Shown: positions 7,949 through 15,033 of the stretch, piece by piece
Numbering within the stretch: the first letter of the stretch is position 1
Layout: every line of letters starts with the position of its first letter
Origin: Arthrobacter hankyongi
Lineage (GTDB): Bacteria > Actinomycetota > Actinomycetes > Actinomycetales > Micrococcaceae
DNA length: 32,000 nucleotides
Assembly: GCF_022012395.1 (NCBI RefSeq)
Contig: NZ_JAKLTQ010000009.1
Coordinates: forward strand, 66,323 to 98,322
Direction: 5' to 3'
Made by a program: the position numbers and the translations under genes
Notes under the pieces: generated by a model
What the model saw: the letters and a program-made list of their open reading frames with translations, nothing else
Databases searched by the model: none
What the model was told of the DNA's origin: nothing

Positions 7949-9059
7949 CGAACTGACCGTAGTTGGCCGAGGCGGCGTTGGCGTCCTGCTGCAGGATCCG
8001 GTCGATTTCCGCGTCGGTGGTCCGGTGGGCGTAGAGGAAGTCGAAGTAGTCCGCGACCGTGGCGCGCAGCCCGGACCGGTCCTGCCGCGGGAAGGCGATG
8101 TCCGTGAGCCAGTGCCACATCAGCGCCGACTCCTGGCTCGGCGGATCCCAGCGGTAGCCACCCAGCGGCACCTTGTAGACCCGGCGCGAGCGCACCGCCG
8201 ACACCTGCTGGTACACCGGATCGGCGTAGAGGTCCGCCGGCACGGCGTCGTCGAAGTTGCCCAGCAGGATCACCTCGGGATCCCAGGCCAGCACCTGTTC
8301 CGCCTCGGTGCCCACCATCCCGGAGCCGGCCACACCCCGGTCCCCGGTGGCCGGATTGCTGCCCCCGACCAGCTTGATGTAGAAGTCGTTATAGGTGTTG
8401 TGCCCGGCCACCTTCAGGCCCTGCTTGAAGCGGTTGAAGTACAGGATGCTCGGGCCGGTGCGGCCGGCGGCCAGGGCCTTGATCCGGCGCAGCTCCGCGT
8501 CGCTGCGCGCCTTCATTTCGACGGCGCGTCCGGGCTTGCCCAGCATCGCGGCGAAGAGCGCGGTCCAGGCATCGACGTCCTCCTGCCGGCCGTTGTTCGT
8601 CAGGCTCAGCACCGTCAGCCCGGCGTTCTGCAGAGGCTCGGTCAGCGCGGATTCGTCCCACTGCACCACGACGTCCGGGTCCAGCGCCCGCACGCTCTCC
8701 ACGTTCGGCGTGAAGTCCTCGGTCGCCACCTCGTGCGGGACCCGGAGCGCTGCGGGGAACATCTGGCCCATGATGCCGTCCTTCATGGCGGTCCAGGAGG
8801 CATGGTGCATGCCCGCGAGGTGCTCCGCGCTGCGGTCCACGGCCACCAGCAGCGAGGCGGCGGGCATCGGGATGGTCACTACCCGCGCCGCGGGCCGGTC
8901 CAGCTGCAGGGTGCGGCCCTGCTGGTCCGTCAGGGTGATGCCGCCGCTGGCCGCCGGTGCGGCGGTGCGGGTGCCGCCGCAGGCGGCCAGCGCGGCGGCG
9001 CCGGCGGTGGCCAGCAGGCCGCCGAGCAGCCTCCGGCGCGTTGGATCCTGATGCTCCAT
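7938..9059 (-). CDS. ABC importer substrate-binding lipoprotein (class III periplasmic binding protein, iron-chelate/B12 type)
   Basis: Real start is ATG 9059, with AGGAGG 7 nt upstream. The rest of the 712-aa track ORF is antisense run-through. The N-terminus MEHQDPTRRRLLGGLLATAGAAALAACGG carries a twin-Arg-like signal plus a lipobox Cys. 373 aa. Confidence 0.8.
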   Translation of the reverse strand: MEHQDPTRRRLLGGLLATAGAAALAACGGTRTAAPAASGGITLTDQQGRTLQLDRPAARVVTIPMPAASLLVAVDRSAEHLAGMHHASWTAMKDGIMGQMFPAALRVPHEVATEDFTPNVESVRALDPDVVVQWDESALTEPLQNAGLTVLSLTNNGRQEDVDAWTALFAAMLGKPGRAVEMKARSDAELRRIKALAAGRTGPSILYFNRFKQGLKVAGHNTYNDFYIKLVGGSNPATGDRGVAGSGMVGTEAEQVLAWDPEVILLGNFDDAVPADLYADPVYQQVSAVRSRRVYKVPLGGYRWDPPSQESALMWHWLTDIAFPRQDRSGLRATVADYFDFLYAHRTTDAEIDRILQQDANAASANYGQFGAA

Positions 9060-9236
9060 TCGCGTTCCTCCTGCGCTGGACCGGACCGGGCCGGCATGGG
9101 CGAGCTGCAACAGAATGCCCCCAGCTTCCGCCCGATGCCCGGACCTGTCAACGCATACCGGAGCAGGCTTTTCCTTGTCGGCCTGGGGGCGCGGTGCTAT
9201 GGTCGGGACAAAATTCCCCGCGGAACGAGGCCGGCC

Positions 9237-10019
9237 ATGGTTTCCGACGCTGCCAACGGCGCCCAGTTGTTTGTCCGCTACGCCTATCCGCCCAATGCCC
9301 GCGGCAGCTGCGGGCCGCCGGACAGCGACGCGCTGCTGCACTACGGGCAGTCCGGCGTCACCGACCCGGGGCTGCGCGAGCTGGCCAAGGGCTTCGCCGG
9401 CGCCTGGCCGTACCTGGAGCTCATCGCCGGCTCCACCGGGATCCCGGATCCGCTGGACCACCGGGTGGTCGAGGCGTACTGGGTCGGCAATGCCCTGCTC
9501 GACGCGGTGGGGGTGCGCCACCTCGGCGATTCCATGGAGGAGCGGTTCCGGGCCCGCACCGGCTGGCAGTTTCCGCACCTGATCGAGGGCGTGCTGGCCG
9601 GGGGAGTGCCCCACCACAGTTTCCACGTGTTCGAGATCTACCCGTGGACGGGCCTGCTCGGCGACGACCGCCGGCATGCCACGGCGCTGAACGTGCTGGA
9701 CCGCTGCCGGATCCGCTGGGGCGAGGTGCTGGCGCTCGCCGGCGACGAGGCCGTGGTGCGCTCCCGCCCGCTGGCCTGGGACGGCAGCGCGCTGTCGCTG
9801 GGGCCGGCCGTGGTGGAGACGGCCCGGTATGCGGTGGATGGGACCGGTTTCGTGGCGGACCTGTCGGTGGGGGACGTGGTGTCGCTGCACTGGGACTGGG
9901 TGTGCGACCGGCTCGCCCCCTACCAGCTGCGGCAGCTGCAGCACTTCACCGCCAGGCACCTGAAGATCGCCAATACCGGCGTCGAGCACCGCGGCACCGC
10001 CATCGCCCTCGAAAAGTGA
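9237..10019 (+). CDS. Conserved hypothetical protein, with a C-terminal ~70 aa that is HypC/HupF-like by pattern
   Basis: 260 aa from ATG 9237 with strong GC3 bias. The N-terminus is LFVRYAYPPNARGSCGPP. The C-terminal segment CRIRWGEVLALAGDEAVV...VGDVVSLHWDWV parallels the HypC pattern C-x4-G-x-V...VGDxVLvHvGfA. It is divergent from the ABC operon and lies next to the hydrogenase cluster. Confidence 0.7.
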   Translation: MVSDAANGAQLFVRYAYPPNARGSCGPPDSDALLHYGQSGVTDPGLRELAKGFAGAWPYLELIAGSTGIPDPLDHRVVEAYWVGNALLDAVGVRHLGDSMEERFRARTGWQFPHLIEGVLAGGVPHHSFHVFEIYPWTGLLGDDRRHATALNVLDRCRIRWGEVLALAGDEAVVRSRPLAWDGSALSLGPAVVETARYAVDGTGFVADLSVGDVVSLHWDWVCDRLAPYQLRQLQHFTARHLKIANTGVEHRGTAIALEK

Positions 10020-10084
10020 GCCGCCCGCCCAGACCCCCGCGACGGCGGCTCCGTTTTCATGGTGCTTGAACAGCACCGCCTAAC

Positions 10085-10467
10085 CAGCACGGCCTCGTGC
10101 CGGACGGAGGGGCAGCCGGTTCCGCTGCCCCGGCTGCTTCGCTGGCCCTCGGACGGTACAGGAAGCCCTCTCGAACATCCGCAAGCACGTCCCCGGCGCC
10201 CACGTCGACGTCGAACTCCGTTGGGGGACCAGGACCGTCGACCTCTGGCTGATCGATCCCGGCGCCCCCGGCCCGGGGGAAAGCCGGACCGGGGGGCACC
10301 GGGATCGGCCTCCTCGGGCCGAACGGGCCGGCCTCGCCGGCGGCTCATTCGAGGCAGGCGCCCACGACGGCGGCTTCCGGGTCCACCTGTCCATCCCGCT
10401 CGACGGCGAAGGATACCGTACGCCGGCGCAGCCATCTGGTGTGCCCGCACCCCAGCCCGCCAATTGA
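10085..10467 (+). pseudogene. 3' relic of a sensor histidine kinase (HATPase_c domain only), with no start codon and with frameshifts
   Basis: Not in the ORF track because it has no start codon. Frame 1 reads ...TVQEALSNIRKHVPGAHVDVELRWGTRTVDLWLIDPGAPGPG...GGH RDRPPRA ERAGLAGGSFEAGAHDGGFRVHLSIPL*. This matches the QEALTNvrKHA N-box and the C-terminal GGxL...GGGFRV..LPL region of NarL-partner kinases. The expected G2 box GHGIGLLG is readable only in the +1 frame at 10297..10317, and upstream homology continues in another frame before ~10155. The HisKA, sensor and N-terminal parts are absent. Confidence 0.55.
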
Positions 10468-10709
10468 GGAGCGCCGTTGTCCTGCGGTGCGCCGGGCTCG
10501 TCACGGCCATCGCGACCGGCAGCGCCGGCCTGCTCGCGCTGCTCTACGCCATCTCCTATGCCGGTTCGGTCCTGCCGGCACTGACCTCCGGCCAGCTCAG
10601 CCGCAGCGTCAGCCTCCTGACCATCACCATCGGCTACGCCGTCCTCGCCGGCGTGGCCTGCATCATCGCCCTCGCCCGCGCTGCTGCTCCCGGCCGCCGG
10701 CAGCGCTGA
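10464..10709 (+). pseudogene. Orphan 3' tail of a membrane protein (two predicted TM helices), either a gene remnant or a small membrane protein with a TTG start
   Basis: The last ~75 codons of track ORF 10059..10709 (AGLVTAIATGSAGLLALLYAISYAGSVLPALTSGQLSRSVSLLTITIGYAVLAGVACIIAL) show excellent GC3 codon bias and hydrophobic helices. The upstream 130 codons are Arg/Pro junk. There is no ATG, GTG or SD. The only in-frame candidate start is TTG 10464. Confidence 0.3.
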
Positions 10710-10740
10710 AAAACGGGGCGGCGCCGGGCTGCGGCCGCCC
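10709..10740 (-). terminator. Candidate intrinsic terminator of the hydrogenase operon
   Basis: The minus strand reads GGGCGGC-cgcagcccggc-GCCGCCC-cgTTTTTc. That is a 7-bp all-GC stem (10716..10722 / 10734..10740), an 11-nt loop and a T5 tract. It lies 47 nt downstream of the last operon gene (stop at 10787). Confidence 0.5.
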
Positions 10741-10786
10741 GCCGCACCACGCGACGGCCTCCCACCGCATTGGGACCAAACACACC

Positions 10787-11248
10787 CTAGGGTGCCTGGG
10801 GTGCGGCTTCGCCGTTGTCCTCCGGAGGCTTGAGCGCGGTGGCATCCCGGGGTTCCGAGGTTCCGGTGGGCCGGTCGGACGGGGCTTCGTGGGTTCCGGT
10901 GTCCTCACGCCCTGCCTCCTTACCCTCCTGCTTGATCACGTCTTCCCCGCGCCGCGTGGTGCTCTCACCCACTCCCGCAGGCGGCGCTTCCGCGTCGGCC
11001 GGTGTTTCGCCGGATCCGGGCTGGGCCGGTTCCCCGGCCGGCGGCTCACTGCCCCAGGCACGTGAGGTGCCCTCGGCCGGCTCATCCCGGCCGGTGGTCC
11101 GGCCCTCGTAAGGCGGGACGGCGCTGCCCGCCGTGTCCGTCTCGCCACCAGGTCCGGGATTGGTGCCCTTGTTGTAATCGCTGCCCAGCCGGTCGCCCTT
11201 CGGCGCGTTTGACGGGTCGGTCGGTTTGGACGCATCTGCCGGAGACAT
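10787..11248 (-). CDS. Low-complexity, predicted intrinsically disordered acidic Pro/Gly/Glu/Thr-rich protein, last gene of the hydrogenase operon
   Basis: Start is ATG 11248 (MSPADASKPTDPSNAPKGD...), with AAGGAGG 5 nt upstream. 153 aa with no hydrophobic core. It lies 10 nt downstream of the hypC stop. Confidence 0.55.
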   Translation of the reverse strand: MSPADASKPTDPSNAPKGDRLGSDYNKGTNPGPGGETDTAGSAVPPYEGRTTGRDEPAEGTSRAWGSEPPAGEPAQPGSGETPADAEAPPAGVGESTTRRGEDVIKQEGKEAGREDTGTHEAPSDRPTGTSEPRDATALKPPEDNGEAAPQAP

Positions 11249-11258
11249 GGCGCCCTCC

Positions 11259-11552
11259 TTACTGGTCGTTGACTTGGTGGTGGTCGGGCCGGCTCTGGTC
11301 CGGCCCACGGTCCGGGTCCCGTGGCCGCCCCATCAGTTCCAGGCCGTCCATGGCCTGCCCGGCGCCGGCGGCATCCACGCGCTCCAGGGCGAATCCCATA
11401 TGGATTAGGACCCAGCTGCCGGGCTCCGGCGGACCGTCGTCGAGCAGGCCGATGTTGATCCTGCGGTGCACGCCGGCAACATCCACCAGCGCGAGCTGGC
11501 CGCCGTAGCCGTCGACCAGGCCGATCACCTGGCCGGGAATCCCCAGGCACAT
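11259..11552 (-). CDS. hypC: HypC/HybG/HupF-family [NiFe]-hydrogenase maturation chaperone
   Basis: Starts MCLGIPGQVIGLVD..., the invariant N-terminal Met-Cys. Ends ...SWVLIHMGFALERV plus a Pro/Asp tail. 97 aa. GAAGGAGG RBS upstream. The track's 275-aa ORF is run-through into the protease gene frame. Confidence 0.88.
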   Translation of the reverse strand: MCLGIPGQVIGLVDGYGGQLALVDVAGVHRRINIGLLDDGPPEPGSWVLIHMGFALERVDAAGAGQAMDGLELMGRPRDPDRGPDQSRPDHHQVNDQ

Positions 11553-11565
11553 GGCCCTGCCTCCT

Positions 11566-12114
11566 TCATCCGGCCGGTACCTGCCCGGCCAGCAGCTGTT
11601 TGACGGTCTGCATGGCCTGCGGAACGGCCGCCGCGACCGGGTCGGACAGGCCGATTCCTTCGGCCAGGTCGGCCGGCACGCAGCCGACGACGTAGGTGCG
11701 GGGCAGGTTCCCGCCGAGTGACCGCAGCCGGCCCAGGACCGCCGCCGGGTCCATGCCGTGCGGGTCCAGCGCGGCGGCCGGGTCCAGGTCGCCACGGCGC
11801 ACCTGCAGGACCCGGAGGCTGCCCGGCGCGGCGCCCTCGGCCGGCACGGTGTCCACCAGCAGCAGGACATCCACCGGCTTGAGCAGGTCGTAGGCCAGAT
11901 GCATCCCCCGGATGCCGTAGTCCACCACGCGGACCGCGGCACCTCCGGCAGGCACCCCGGCAGGGTCGGCGGCCAGCCGGCGCGCCACCTCCGGGCCGAA
12001 ACCGTCGTCGCGCAGGAACATGTTGCCCACGCCGGCGACCAGGATACGGGCGGCCGGCGGGACGCGGCCGGCCACCGGGCCGGCACCGGCCAGGGACGTG
12101 CGGCGTCGGGCCAT
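11566..12114 (-). CDS. [NiFe]-hydrogenase maturation endopeptidase (HyaD/HybD/HupD family)
   Basis: 182 aa from ATG 12114. Contains ILVAGVGNMFLRDDGFGPEVARRL (the GxGNxxxxDDGxG motif) and a later DPHGMDP (metal-binding His region). Confidence 0.85.
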   Translation of the reverse strand: MARRRTSLAGAGPVAGRVPPAARILVAGVGNMFLRDDGFGPEVARRLAADPAGVPAGGAAVRVVDYGIRGMHLAYDLLKPVDVLLLVDTVPAEGAAPGSLRVLQVRRGDLDPAAALDPHGMDPAAVLGRLRSLGGNLPRTYVVGCVPADLAEGIGLSDPVAAAVPQAMQTVKQLLAGQVPAG

Positions 12115-12119
12115 GGCCC

Positions 12120-12239
12120 CTACATGCTCCGGATCTTGAGGTAGCGCTGGATGTCCGGCAGCGAGCGGAGCCCGATGTAGACGGCGGCCAGGCCGGCGGC
12201 GATGAGCACCGCGGTGGTGATGGTTCCGACGACTTTCAT
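12120..12239 (-). CDS. 39-aa single-pass membrane micropeptide, translationally coupled within the hydrogenase operon
   Basis: MKVVGTITTAVLIAAGLAAVYIGLRSLPDIQRYLKIRSM. Its ATG overlaps the stop of the 473-aa gene (ATGA at 12236..12239), and it ends 5 nt before the protease ATG. It has one clear TM helix and a basic tail. Confidence 0.55.
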   Translation of the reverse strand: MKVVGTITTAVLIAAGLAAVYIGLRSLPDIQRYLKIRSM

Positions 12240-13657
12240 GATGTGTCCTTTCCCTGCCCGGTAGCGGATCCGGCACTGTCCTGCGCGCCGGACTGCGGAC
12301 GGTCCAGCGGTTCCAGTTCCTCGGGGGCGTAGTAGAACGACCGGCCGTAGCCTTCGTGCAGGTCCGCCGCGGGATCCCGTTCGAGCACCAGCCCCACGTG
12401 GGTGCTGCCGTCGACGTCGAAATGCACGCTGGTGACCCGGGCCGTTTGCCCGGCGAAGAACAGGTCCTGGGCGTCGGCGCGCCGCCGGGGATGGACCCGG
12501 ACCCGGCTGCCGCGCGACACCGGCACACCGTCGATGACGACGGCGTCGGTATCCGGCCGCACGCTGGCATCCGCCTCCGGATGCCACCACGGCCTGCCGC
12601 CGCCGGGGTCCGGTCCGGCACCGGACCCGGCCCGCGGGTCGCGCAGCACGCCGTGCAGCTGCTGCAGTTCCTCGGCTGACAAGGCCTCGCACCGCTCGAT
12701 CACCGCCGCGGCGCGCGGATCCGTGGCCCGGGCCTCGGCCTTCTCCTCGTCGGTCAGGGTCAGGACCCGCAGGGTGAGGATTTCGTCGATCTCCGTGGCG
12801 TCGTAGAGGGCCACCGGACTTTCCGGGGCGACGGCGGGGTGGTCATAGAGGATGATGGGCGAGACCAGCAGGACGTCGCTTTGGCCCTCCGGGCCGGCCA
12901 GCACCGGCCAGCAGCGGTGCTGGGCGCAGGCGCGGGCGACCTCCGCGGCCGCCTCCGGCGGCTCCAGCAGGGACAGGAAGTCCCCGTCCCGGAGGCCGAG
13001 CAGCAGATGGGTGCCGATGAACGAGGCGGCGATGGCGTCCGTCCGCCCGCCGGCGGTGGCCGCGCCGGTATTCGTGGCGGCGACCCGCAGCCGCAGCAGC
13101 GGTCCGGCCGGGCCCGTACCGGCGGCGGTGGCATGCAGCCGGACTTCACCGGAGAGGGCCCGGCGCCGGCGCACCAGCCGTCCGGCCACCGTCCCGCCGG
13201 GACCGGCCAAAAGTTCGGTGTCCCTGCCGCCGGGAACCGCCACCGGCACACTCAGCCCCTGCCGTTCCGGATCCTGCAGGTCCGCCAGCGGAAACGGACC
13301 CAGCACGATCTCCTGCTCGACGGCCTCGTCCCAGCTCAGCCAGTGCGAGGGACCGACCGTGAGCTCATCGACCGGCTCGAAGCCGCCGCCGCGGGCCTGT
13401 TCCACGGTCCGTGTCTGCAGCTGCAGGAAGCGCAGGTGCACTTCCACGCCGGCCCCGGGGCCGGCCGCGAGCAGGCAGTCGGCGGACATCCGGGCGTCCT
13501 CCCCGGTGCCGGCTGCGGCCGCCCCGGGCGGGCCGAGGATGCCGAACTGCCAGCGGGCCTGGTTCTTCACTGCCGAGGCCCGGTAGGGGTAGAGCAGGTA
13601 CCCCTCGTAGAGGACCGCGTCCGCGACGGCCCGGGCGAGCAGCAGGTTCGTCTTCAC
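12236..13657 (-). CDS. Conserved hydrogenase-operon protein of unknown function (473 aa)
   Basis: GTG 13657 (VKTNLLLARAVADAVLYEGYLLYPYRASAVKNQARWQFGILGP...) overlaps the upstream stop (GTGA at 13654..13657). GC3 bias is strong throughout. I recognise no catalytic motif. The track's 613-aa ORF is an N-terminal run-through. Confidence 0.75.
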   Translation of the reverse strand: MKTNLLLARAVADAVLYEGYLLYPYRASAVKNQARWQFGILGPPGAAAAGTGEDARMSADCLLAAGPGAGVEVHLRFLQLQTRTVEQARGGGFEPVDELTVGPSHWLSWDEAVEQEIVLGPFPLADLQDPERQGLSVPVAVPGGRDTELLAGPGGTVAGRLVRRRRALSGEVRLHATAAGTGPAGPLLRLRVAATNTGAATAGGRTDAIAASFIGTHLLLGLRDGDFLSLLEPPEAAAEVARACAQHRCWPVLAGPEGQSDVLLVSPIILYDHPAVAPESPVALYDATEIDEILTLRVLTLTDEEKAEARATDPRAAAVIERCEALSAEELQQLHGVLRDPRAGSGAGPDPGGGRPWWHPEADASVRPDTDAVVIDGVPVSRGSRVRVHPRRRADAQDLFFAGQTARVTSVHFDVDGSTHVGLVLERDPAADLHEGYGRSFYYAPEELEPLDRPQSGAQDSAGSATGQGKDTS

Positions 13658-14325
13658 GGCTGGATCCCGCCGGCCGGGGCGGTTCCGGTGGGGGCCGCGG
13701 CTGCGGCCTGCAGCAATTCTTCGACGGCGGCCTCCCAGGAGGTGTGGCCGCGGACCGACCTGTAGCGGGCCAGGGCGGCCAGTACCTCCCGGTCCAGCCG
13801 GAGCCAGCCGGCGTTGGGGAAGGTTAGGTCCATCAGCCGGCGCCAGACGGCCACCGGGAGCTGGTAGGACGCGGCCAGGTTCCACGGCACCTGTTCGACG
13901 CCGAATCCCTGCCGGCCCCGGGTGAACACGGTGCCGGAGAACAGCAGTTCCAGCGGGATGGCGCCGTCCCGGAGCGCATTGAGATACTTGGCGGCGGCCA
14001 CGTCGAAGTCGAAGGTGCAGGGCAGCGGCAGGTCCGTCTCGGTGGCCGAGCTGAAGCCCTGCACCATGGTGCTGCATTGGAGCCAGAGGAAGGACTTGAG
14101 CGTCTCGGGCCAGCGGCGGCGCCCGCCGAAAAGGTCCAGCAGCCCGTCTTCCTCCGCCGGCGCATAGCCGCGGCGCTGCGGCAGGATGCGGACCTGGCAG
14201 CGCAGGGCGATGGCATGGACCGCGGTGCCGGTGGACTCGGTGATCCGCAGCCGGGCGGTCAGCTGCGGTGCCGCCGCGTAGGGCTCGGGCTGGATGTCCA
14301 GGACGCTGAAGGCCAGTTCCGTCAT
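13654..14325 (-). CDS. Conserved hydrogenase-operon protein of unknown function (223 aa)
   Basis: ATG 14325 (MTELAFSVLDIQPEPYAAAPQLTARLRITE...) overlaps the upstream stop (ATGA at 14322..14325). It appears soluble and has no recognisable motif. Confidence 0.75.
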   Translation of the reverse strand: MTELAFSVLDIQPEPYAAAPQLTARLRITESTGTAVHAIALRCQVRILPQRRGYAPAEEDGLLDLFGGRRRWPETLKSFLWLQCSTMVQGFSSATETDLPLPCTFDFDVAAAKYLNALRDGAIPLELLFSGTVFTRGRQGFGVEQVPWNLAASYQLPVAVWRRLMDLTFPNAGWLRLDREVLAALARYRSVRGHTSWEAAVEELLQAAAAAPTGTAPAGGIQP

Positions 14326-15017
14326 CGGACCGTCCCTTCGGCCGACTCGCCGCGGCGTGCCGAAACCGGCCTGCTGCGGCTGCCGATCTGCTCGAAGAAC
14401 GCGGCCAGTGCCGTGCGCGCTTGGCCGCCGCCGTCGAACCCGTGCCAGACGCGCCGCAGCTGCCCCACCAGTTCGTAGCACGCGTCCACCGGCACCAGGT
14501 AGCACAGGGCCTGCGGAAGACCGGGGCCCGGGCCCCGGATAAGCAGGGCTTCGGTGTCGTCCGCGGCCAGGGACAGCCCGGGGTTGCGGGCCAGCACGGC
14601 GTCCCAGGCGGCCAGCGGCAGTTCGGATTCCGTCGCCCCGGCGGGTCCCGGGTAGAAGGCCACGCTGCGGTTGAGCGTGGAACTGCGGAAGAAGAACGCC
14701 AGGCCTACCGGAATCTCCAGCTCATCCCACTGTCCCGGTCCCAGTTCGAAGTCGGGGAAGGACAGATAGCGCTCCGGCACGGACCGGTAGCGCAGCTGCG
14801 CGGTGCTGTCGGTGAACAGCAGGTAGCACGGCCGGCAGGTGCACAGGATGGCCCGGCTTTGCAGGTCCACGACGTGCTGGTGCGGATCGGCGATGGCGGT
14901 GCCGCACATTTCGCAGCGTTCACCGGCGGCCGCTGCCGGTTTGGCAGCCGCGATGCGGCGCAGCAGCGCGATCGGCATGCTGCCGGGGTGGCCTGTCTGT
15001 CCTGGAGGCTGGTTCAT
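14322..15017 (-). CDS. Conserved hydrogenase-operon protein of unknown function with a Cys-rich metal-binding motif (231 aa)
   Basis: ATG 15017 is preceded by AAGGAGG. The motif CEMC-x20-CTCRPC (CxxC...CxCxxC) lies near the N-terminus. An alternative start is M14 (nt 14978). Confidence 0.75.
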   Translation of the reverse strand: MNQPPGQTGHPGSMPIALLRRIAAAKPAAAAGERCEMCGTAIADPHQHVVDLQSRAILCTCRPCYLLFTDSTAQLRYRSVPERYLSFPDFELGPGQWDELEIPVGLAFFFRSSTLNRSVAFYPGPAGATESELPLAAWDAVLARNPGLSLAADDTEALLIRGPGPGLPQALCYLVPVDACYELVGQLRRVWHGFDGGGQARTALAAFFEQIGSRSRPVSARRGESAEGTVR

Positions 15018-15033
15018 CCGCGCCGCTGCCTCC

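Noticed and set aside
7920-9236. The upstream 439 codons of the 699-aa plus-strand ORF (7920..10019), and the upstream part of the 712-aa minus ORF (9060..10076)
   Set aside because: Each is antisense to a well-supported gene: the binding protein and the 260-aa conserved protein respectively. The real starts have an RBS at 9059 and 9237.
9060-9236. A possible cobalamin riboswitch or metal-regulator box upstream of the ABC binding-protein gene
   Set aside because: Reading the minus strand, I could not find the B12-box/GCCACTG core, nor an IdeR/Fur/Zur-like palindrome. It is left as an open check (Rfam scan) rather than a call.
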